Under the pieces are notes generated by a model. The model saw only the letters and a list, made by a program, of their open reading frames with translations, ran no database searches and was not told where the DNA came from. 48,693 nt of DNA from Candidatus Bipolaricaulota bacterium (GTDB lineage Bacteria > Bipolaricaulota > Bipolaricaulia > Bipolaricaulales > Bipolaricaulaceae): positions 1-48,693 of the forward strand of contig JACIWI010000133.1 of assembly GCA_014361055.1 (NCBI GenBank), written 5' to 3'. The stretch's first letter is position 1. Every line of letters begins with the position of its first letter. Positions 43,291-48,693 of this stretch are shown here, one piece after another. The translations under genes were made by a program, and so were the position numbers.

Positions 43291-44259
43291 TCACTCCTTT
43301 ACGAACCTCTGCCCACCGAAGAGAAGCCCGGTGGCCAAGGCCTTGGCTTCCGGAGTGAAGCGAAAGCCAATCTCCTCGGCCACATCGAGGTTCAACCACA
43401 CCTGCGTTCCGGCCTGGCGCACGAACGGGATTTGTGCCGGCGGGGTCCCCTGAAGGACCTTGACCACAAGCTCCGCGGCCAAAAGGCCGTGGTCGAAGTA
43501 GTCAAATCCCGTGCAGATAAGGACGCCTTTTTCTAGGCTCGTGGGATCGGCAAAGAGGAAGGGGATCTTGTGGGCCTTGGATACAGCCACCACCGCGTCC
43601 AGTGCGGCGGCCACGGTGTTGTCCGTGGTGCAGTAGATGGCGTCCACTCGGCCAACGAGGGACTGGGCTGCAAGGGGTACCTCGGCCGTGTTATTCGCCG
43701 CAGCTAGGACTAGGGTGAGTCCCAACTCCTCCGCGGCCTTCTTCGTCATCTCCGTGAGGATGGCGGAGTTGGTCTCCCCAGGGTTATAGACCTGGCCCAG
43801 GCGCTTTAGGCCGGGGATGAGCTTTAAAAGTAGCTCCACATCAGCGCGGACGTCGATCATGTCCGAGGCACCTGTGACATTGGGAAACTCCGTAAGCCCG
43901 GCACCAACAGGATCAGTGACGGCCGCGAAAATCACGGGAACGTTGGTGTCCTTGAACACTTGCACTGCGGCCTGGGATGAAGGGGTGGTGATGGAGACCA
44001 CGAGATCCACGCCGCGGGCCCGGAAGTCCTGGGCGATGGCCATGGCCACGGAGAAGTCACCCTGGGCGTTGGTGATGATGAACTGCACGTTTTCGCCCTC
44101 GACAAATCCCGCGCGCCTTAGTCCTTCGATGACTCCGTCTCGACAGGCGTTGAGGGCGGGATGGTCAACGATCTGGGTGATCCCGATCACAATGGGTTTT
44201 CCTAGCCCAAAAATCCCAAGTACCGCTACCGCAAGGATTCCCAAAATCAGCTTTTTCAC
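43291..44259 (-). CDS. ABC transporter substrate-binding protein (ABC_sub_bind / COG2984 family)
   Basis: The likely start is the GTG at 44259 (VKKLILGILAVAVLG signal peptide) with an AAGGGGG Shine-Dalgarno. The listed ATG at 44280 lies inside the upstream terminator T-tract. Confidence 0.8.
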   Translation of the reverse strand: MKKLILGILAVAVLGIFGLGKPIVIGITQIVDHPALNACRDGVIEGLRRAGFVEGENVQFIITNAQGDFSVAMAIAQDFRARGVDLVVSITTPSSQAAVQVFKDTNVPVIFAAVTDPVGAGLTEFPNVTGASDMIDVRADVELLLKLIPGLKRLGQVYNPGETNSAILTEMTKKAAEELGLTLVLAAANNTAEVPLAAQSLVGRVDAIYCTTDNTVAAALDAVVAVSKAHKIPFLFADPTSLEKGVLICTGFDYFDHGLLAAELVVKVLQGTPPAQIPFVRQAGTQVWLNLDVAEEIGFRFTPEAKALATGLLFGGQRFVKE

Positions 44260-44270
44260 CGTACACCCCC

Positions 44271-44306
44271 TTAAAAACAAAAAACCGCAAGCTTTTGCTT
44301 GCGGCG
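44271..44306 (-). terminator. rho-independent terminator (8-bp GC stem, 4-nt loop, U-tract) downstream of fmt
   Basis: Minus strand reads GCCGCAAGC AAAA GCUUGCGG followed by UUUUUUGUUUUU. Confidence 0.6.
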
Positions 44307-44458
44307 CTGGGCATGACTCTCCGATTAGAAGAGAGTCACACCCTCATGCGAACCAATACCACACGTAGGCCTTCGCCCCGAGAATCACCTCCTTCCACAC
44401 CAAGTTCTTCCGCGTCACGCCCTTGAAATACGACGGACGACGGGGGGCTGTCAAGGGG

Positions 44459-45313
44459 TCAACGGTCGAAGCACCTGAAGCCCCCTCGGCAATAGCCGTT
44501 CAAGAAATCCCGGCCGGAGAGGCAGCGGCAGCCGGCGGGCTGGATCTCCAAAATCTCCAAGATCCCGGTGCCGGCGGCCACCAAAAGCTGATCCCGACGG
44601 GGAAGAACGCACCCGGGCTCGCCCGCTTTGGCCTTCGGGTCCACAACCCTTGTGCGCAAAATCTTCACGTACTCCCCGCGCCAGGTGGTGAACGCTCCCG
44701 GCCGCGGAGAAAGGCCGCGCACGAGGTTGTGGATCCTTTGGGCATCCCAATCCCAGCGAATTCGGCCGTCCTCGCGGTGAATTTTTGGGGCCAGGGAGCC
44801 GTTGGGCGGCTGCGGCCTGGGCTGGATTTCCCCCCGCCACCACTTCTCCACCGTCTCCACCGCGAGTTCCGCCCCCATTTTGGCTAACCTTTCCTCCAGC
44901 TCGCCCGCGGTCTCGTCCGGCCCGATTTCCGTGCGGCGCTGCAAAAGAATGGGCCCGGTGTCCATTCCCTCGTCCATGAGGAAGGTGGTGACCCCGGTTT
45001 CCCGCTCGCCGTGAATAACGGCCCAGGGAATGGGAGCGGCACCCCGATACTTGGGAAGAAGTGAGGCGTGGACGTTGATGCACCCGAGCTTCGGGAGATT
45101 CAAGACCACGGGGCGAAGGAGCTGCCCAAACGCCGCGGTGACCAGGATATCCAAGGAAAGGTTGCGCAGGGCCTCCACAGCCTCCGCGTTGTTTATGGAC
45201 CTGGGCTGGAGGATGGGGAGGCCCAATTGCTCTGCGGCCAATTTCACGGGCGGAGGGGTGAGCTTTAGCCCGCGGCCTGCGGGCCGATCCGGCTGGGTGA
45301 TGACCAGCAACAC
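44459..45313 (-). CDS. fmt: methionyl-tRNA formyltransferase (N-terminus incompletely resolved)
   Basis: VITQPDRPAGRG, HASLLPKYRGAAPI, C-terminal domain present. The conserved N-terminal residues RLAFAGTSSFAVPILQALAERFG continue in frame upstream of 45313 up to the def stop, without any ATG/GTG/TTG. Confidence 0.75.
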   Translation of the reverse strand: MLLVITQPDRPAGRGLKLTPPPVKLAAEQLGLPILQPRSINNAEAVEALRNLSLDILVTAAFGQLLRPVVLNLPKLGCINVHASLLPKYRGAAPIPWAVIHGERETGVTTFLMDEGMDTGPILLQRRTEIGPDETAGELEERLAKMGAELAVETVEKWWRGEIQPRPQPPNGSLAPKIHREDGRIRWDWDAQRIHNLVRGLSPRPGAFTTWRGEYVKILRTRVVDPKAKAGEPGCVLPRRDQLLVAAGTGILEILEIQPAGCRCLSGRDFLNGYCRGGFRCFDR

Positions 45314-45375
45314 CCCGAACCTCTCGGCGAGGGCCTGCAGAATGGGGACGGCAAAGGAGCTCGTTCCCGCGAAAG

Positions 45376-45918
45376 CTAAGCGCGGACCTGCGCCGCCGAA
45401 GGCACACCCTCCTTGCGACTCTGAAGCTCCCGGAAGACCCGAAGAACCCTATTTCGCTCGTGCACAGAAAGGTGGTCGATGAACAGGACCCCGTCCAGGT
45501 GATCAAGCTCGTGCTGGATCAACCGGGCATTGAGGTCCTGGACCTCAAGGACGTGGCGTTTTCCGTCCTCGTCCTGATACTCCACGCGTACGGCTTTGGC
45601 TCGAGGAACCGGAGCCCAAACCCCAGGAAGGGAAAGGCAACCCTCCTCTTCCAGGACCAGCTCCGGGGAACGCCAAAGAATGCGAGGGTTCAGCATCACA
45701 ATGGGCTCGGAATCCTCCGGGACTTCACCGTTTTCGTCAGCTAGACGGATTATAGCTGCCCGATAAAGGAGCCCGATTTGGTTGGCGGCCAGGCCCAGCC
45801 CCTCCACACGGGAAAAGCTTTCACGCAGGGCCTCCGCTGCGGCTCTGGCCTCGGGGCTGCCCGGACGCACCGGATGGGTGGGTTTCCGCAGGATGGGATC
45901 AGGGTAAACACGGACCAA
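45376..45918 (-). CDS. def: peptide deformylase
   Basis: GLAANQIG, EGCLSLPG and HELDHLDG motifs. The likely start is the TTG at 45918 (MVRVYPDPILRKP) with an AAGGAGGAGG Shine-Dalgarno 5 nt upstream; the listed start at 45969 is a GTG further upstream. Confidence 0.85.
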   Translation of the reverse strand: MVRVYPDPILRKPTHPVRPGSPEARAAAEALRESFSRVEGLGLAANQIGLLYRAAIIRLADENGEVPEDSEPIVMLNPRILWRSPELVLEEEGCLSLPGVWAPVPRAKAVRVEYQDEDGKRHVLEVQDLNARLIQHELDHLDGVLFIDHLSVHERNRVLRVFRELQSRKEGVPSAAQVRA

Positions 45919-45956
45919 CTTGGCCTCCTCCTTTTGGGCTTTATTATAAGCAAGTT

Positions 45957-48227
45957 GTGGCCAAGACACGGGCGGAAGACCTGGCGGAACGGGTAGCGCT
46001 GGTGCGCAAGGTGATAGAGCTGGAGCGGAAAAAGGGGCTCACGGACACGGCGGCAGTGGGCGGCTTAGAGGCTTTGGTGCGCCGCCATCTTCCCGCCGCG
46101 GCCAAAACCATCGCCGGATACAGCCAAATGACCGCAACGGAGCGGGCCCGGGCCTTGGAACGCCTGGAAGCCCAGCTCCAAAAAATCCTTCAAGGAGAAA
46201 CCGCTCTGCGCCTGGATAGCCCCATCTCCGCCGCGCCCGGAGTGGGAGAAAAACGCGCCCACCTCTTTCGTAAACTCGGGATCCACACCGTGGAGGATCT
46301 CCTTACCTTTTTTCCCCGCCGCTTGGAGGACCGCACTCAACTTCGGCCCATAAAGGATCTGCGAGATGGGGAAAACGCTTTGGTGGAGGGGGTTCTTCGG
46401 GCCAAATCCAAGGTGAAGGTCAAACCCAACCTGGAGCTGGTGAAAGCCGCCCTGGACGACGGAACCGGAATCCTCTTCGGGATCTGGTTCAACCAGCCCT
46501 GGATCTGGGAGCAACTGGAGCAGGGGCAGCGCTATGCGTTCTACGGCAAGGTCCAGATCCGCTTTGGAGAGATTCAGATGGAAAACCCCGTGTGGGAAAA
46601 GGCGGGAACGCGTTCGCAAACGGGAAGGTTCGTTCCGATTTATCCCAGCACGGAAGGTCTTTCCCAAAACATTTTGCAGCACGTGATTCGGCGGACCTTG
46701 GCCCGCGTGGGACCGATTCCGGAGACCATCCCTGAAGAAATCCGCGCGAAATGCAAGCTCCTTTCCCGCCGCGCCGCCCTCCAAAAAATCCACTTCCCCG
46801 AAAGCCTTGAGGAGTTCGAAAAGGCCCGGGAAACCTTGGCCTTTGAGGAGCTTTTCCTTTTGCAGCTCGGGCTTGTGCTCCACCGAAAACGCGAAAGCCA
46901 AGGACGGGTGATCACGCCCGACCCCCAGTGGCTAAAAACCTTTGTGGAAAGTCTTCCTTTTTCCCTCACCCCTTCGCAGCGGCGGGCCATTACCCATATC
47001 GAGGAGGACCTGCGTGCTCCTTATCCCATGCTCCGGCTTTTGCAGGGCGATGTGGGCTCGGGAAAGACCGTGGTGGCTGCGGCGGCCTGCGTTATGGTGG
47101 CCTCCGCCGGGGCCCAGGCCGCGGTCATGGCCCCTACGGAGATCCTCGCCGAGCAGCATTTCTTCGTGTTCCAGGAGCTTTTGCGCCCATTGCCCATCAA
47201 AATCGGGCTTCTATCCGGTGGACTTTCCAAAAAGGAACGGGAGGAGATGCTCGCTGCCATCGCCAAGGGAGAAATTCAGGTGGTGGTGGGAACGCATGCC
47301 CTCCTTGAGGAAGACGTGGAGTTCCGGGACCTGGCCTTGGCCGTGATTGACGAGCAGCATCGATTCGGAGTGATCCAGCGGGCCACCCTGGAGAAAAAAG
47401 GCCGGGGCACGAACGTCCTTGTCATGTCCGCCACCCCCATTCCCCGCACGGTGGTGCTCACCGTGTACGGGGAGTTCGAGCTTTCCGTGCTTGAGGAGCT
47501 TCCCATTCCCAGGCGGAACGTGCGCACGGTGTGGGTGGCGGAGGCCAAGCGCCAAGAGGTCTACGAAGAGGTGGCCCGGCGCCTGGCGAAAGGAGAAAAG
47601 GGCTACGTGGTGTTTCCGCTGGTGGAGGAATCGGAGGAGCTGGATCTCCGGGCGGCCACCGTGGCCTATGAGGAGCTACGAACCCGGTTCGGCGAGATCG
47701 TGGGCCTTCTTCACGGCCGCATGTCTTCCGAGGAGAAGCGCGCGGCCATGGCCGCCTTCCGGGAGGGCAGGACCCGCCTCCTTGTGGCCACCACCGTGGT
47801 GGAGCTGGGGTTGGATGTGCCGGACGCCTCGTTTTTGGTGATCGAGCATGCGGACCGGTTCGGCCTGGCCCAGCTCCACCAATTGCGGGGCCGGATCGGC
47901 CGCCAAGGGCAGGAGGCCATCTGCTGGGCTTTGGCCGATCCCTCCACTCCTGAGGCCCGGGAGCGCCTCACCGCCTTCCGCGACCTCACCGATGGGTTTA
48001 AGATTGCCGAAGCGGATTTGCGCATCCGCGGTCCCGGCGATCTTTTGGGCACGGCCCAACACGGTTTCATCTCCAAATTCCGGGCCGCAGACCTTGTTCG
48101 GGACCTCGGGCTTTTGGAGCGGGCGAGGATTGAGGCAAGGAAACTGGCGGAGAAAGGTGTTCCTCCGGAACTTGTGGCCGAGGTGGAGCGCCGGTTCGGA
48201 AAGGATTTGGAGCTTTTGGGGGTTTGA
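45957..48227 (+). CDS. recG: ATP-dependent DNA helicase RecG
   Basis: Wedge/N-terminal domain, then helicase motifs GDVGSGKT, VMAPTEILAEQH, DEQHRFGV, MSATPIPRT and HGRMSSEEK. The start (GTG at 45957) is uncertain. Confidence 0.85.
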   Translation: MAKTRAEDLAERVALVRKVIELERKKGLTDTAAVGGLEALVRRHLPAAAKTIAGYSQMTATERARALERLEAQLQKILQGETALRLDSPISAAPGVGEKRAHLFRKLGIHTVEDLLTFFPRRLEDRTQLRPIKDLRDGENALVEGVLRAKSKVKVKPNLELVKAALDDGTGILFGIWFNQPWIWEQLEQGQRYAFYGKVQIRFGEIQMENPVWEKAGTRSQTGRFVPIYPSTEGLSQNILQHVIRRTLARVGPIPETIPEEIRAKCKLLSRRAALQKIHFPESLEEFEKARETLAFEELFLLQLGLVLHRKRESQGRVITPDPQWLKTFVESLPFSLTPSQRRAITHIEEDLRAPYPMLRLLQGDVGSGKTVVAAAACVMVASAGAQAAVMAPTEILAEQHFFVFQELLRPLPIKIGLLSGGLSKKEREEMLAAIAKGEIQVVVGTHALLEEDVEFRDLALAVIDEQHRFGVIQRATLEKKGRGTNVLVMSATPIPRTVVLTVYGEFELSVLEELPIPRRNVRTVWVAEAKRQEVYEEVARRLAKGEKGYVVFPLVEESEELDLRAATVAYEELRTRFGEIVGLLHGRMSSEEKRAAMAAFREGRTRLLVATTVVELGLDVPDASFLVIEHADRFGLAQLHQLRGRIGRQGQEAICWALADPSTPEARERLTAFRDLTDGFKIAEADLRIRGPGDLLGTAQHGFISKFRAADLVRDLGLLERARIEARKLAEKGVPPELVAEVERRFGKDLELLGV

Positions 48228-48515
48228 ATGATCGACGAGAACGTCATGGCCAAAGTGGAGGCCCTGGCCGGGCTCAGATTAAGCCCGGAGGAGAGGGAGC
48301 GCCTGCGCGCGGATCTTGAGAGAATCCTCGCCTATTTCCAAAAGCTTCAGGAGGTGCCCACCGAGGGAGTTCCGCCCTTCTCCCCTCTTCCCGAGGTGCG
48401 GAACGTCCTTCGGCCCGATGAGCCCGGGCCATCGCTCTCCCAGGAGGAGGCCCTGCAAAACGCCCCCGAAAAGGAGGACGGGTTCTTCTCCGTTCCCCCG
48501 CTTTTTTCCCGATGA
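48228..48515 (+). CDS. gatC: Asp-tRNA(Asn)/Glu-tRNA(Gln) amidotransferase subunit C
   Basis: 95 aa. VEALAGLRLSPEERERLRADLERILAYFQKL is the typical GatC sequence. Confidence 0.85.
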   Translation: MIDENVMAKVEALAGLRLSPEERERLRADLERILAYFQKLQEVPTEGVPPFSPLPEVRNVLRPDEPGPSLSQEEALQNAPEKEDGFFSVPPLFSR

Positions 48516-48693
48516 GGGAGAACCCTGTTCGGGAAGGCGCGGCCTGGGTGATGCGGCGCGCCCGTTTCGTCCGCTTGGACCGAGAGGGTTTGGAGAAACT
48601 CGCGGAGGAACTCCGCCCCCTTCCCGACCCTTCCTGGGTTGGCCGCTACCATTTTCGCGGACAGGAGGAGCTCACTCTGCGCTATCTTCTCGT
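48512..48693 (+). CDS. 5' end of a Qng1/DUF2419-like (queuosine salvage) gene, truncated by the window edge
   Basis: ATG overlaps the gatC stop as ATGA. MRENPVREGAAWVMRRARFVRLDREGLEKLAEELRPLPDPSWVGRYHFRGQEELTLRYLL resembles the DUF2419 N-terminus as recalled from memory. Confidence 0.35.
   Translation, partial: MRENPVREGAAWVMRRARFVRLDREGLEKLAEELRPLPDPSWVGRYHFRGQEELTLRYLL

Noticed and set aside
45957-45969. 13-nt head-to-head overlap of the def and recG coding starts
   Set aside because: It is resolved by choosing the TTG at 45918 for def, which has a good Shine-Dalgarno. This leaves a 38-bp divergent spacer, although the recG start remains uncertain.

Overview
The window splits into two parts. 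Positions 1 to about 37,200 are very GC-rich with GC3 near 90%; positions about 37,300 to 48,693 are noticeably less GC-rich and use different codons. Both parts read as bacterial chromosomal DNA from a thermophile-like, hydrogen-using, CO2-fixing organism.

The main feature is a minus-strand super-operon spanning about 12.4 kb (145..12982), with genes overlapping stop-to-start. Read in transcription order it is: korC-like gamma subunit, a heptamer-repeat block, hdrA, mvhD, mvhG, mvhA, a hydrogenase maturation protease, an HdrC-like protein, an HdrB-like protein, a fumarate reductase Fe-S subunit, a non-covalent-FAD fumarate reductase flavoprotein, a ferredoxin, 2-oxoacid:ferredoxin oxidoreductase alpha and beta, and a class I fumarase alpha subunit. 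I read this as a candidate H2-driven, possibly flavin-based electron-bifurcating fumarate reductase that is genetically coupled to ferredoxin-dependent reductive-TCA enzymes.

Downstream features, in order:
- A ROK-regulated sugar ABC transporter plus the trehalose synthase TreT.
- tpiA, an SPFH/stomatin gene, and an MBL-fold gene.
- A partial cell-division cluster (ftsI, ftsL, rsmH).
- A divergent ArsR / DUF192 pair with a palindromic operator.
- A MATE efflux gene.
- A lower-GC defense island (27.6 to 34.4 kb): a PIN toxin with an AbrB-type antitoxin, a decayed glutaredoxin gene, an MmeI-family type IIL restriction-modification enzyme split by an in-operon HEPN/MNT pair, and a VapBC pair.
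- ribD, rpe, a YugP protease, and RNase P RNA (rnpB).
- In the lower-GC part: a COG1579 Zn-ribbon protein, Nif3, an MBL-fold gene, DUF763, an uncharacterised ABC importer, fmt, def, recG, gatC and a partial Qng1-like gene.

No rRNA, tRNA or CRISPR array could be supported from the sequence. Many long ORFs on the opposite strand of the GC-rich part are rejected as artefacts.
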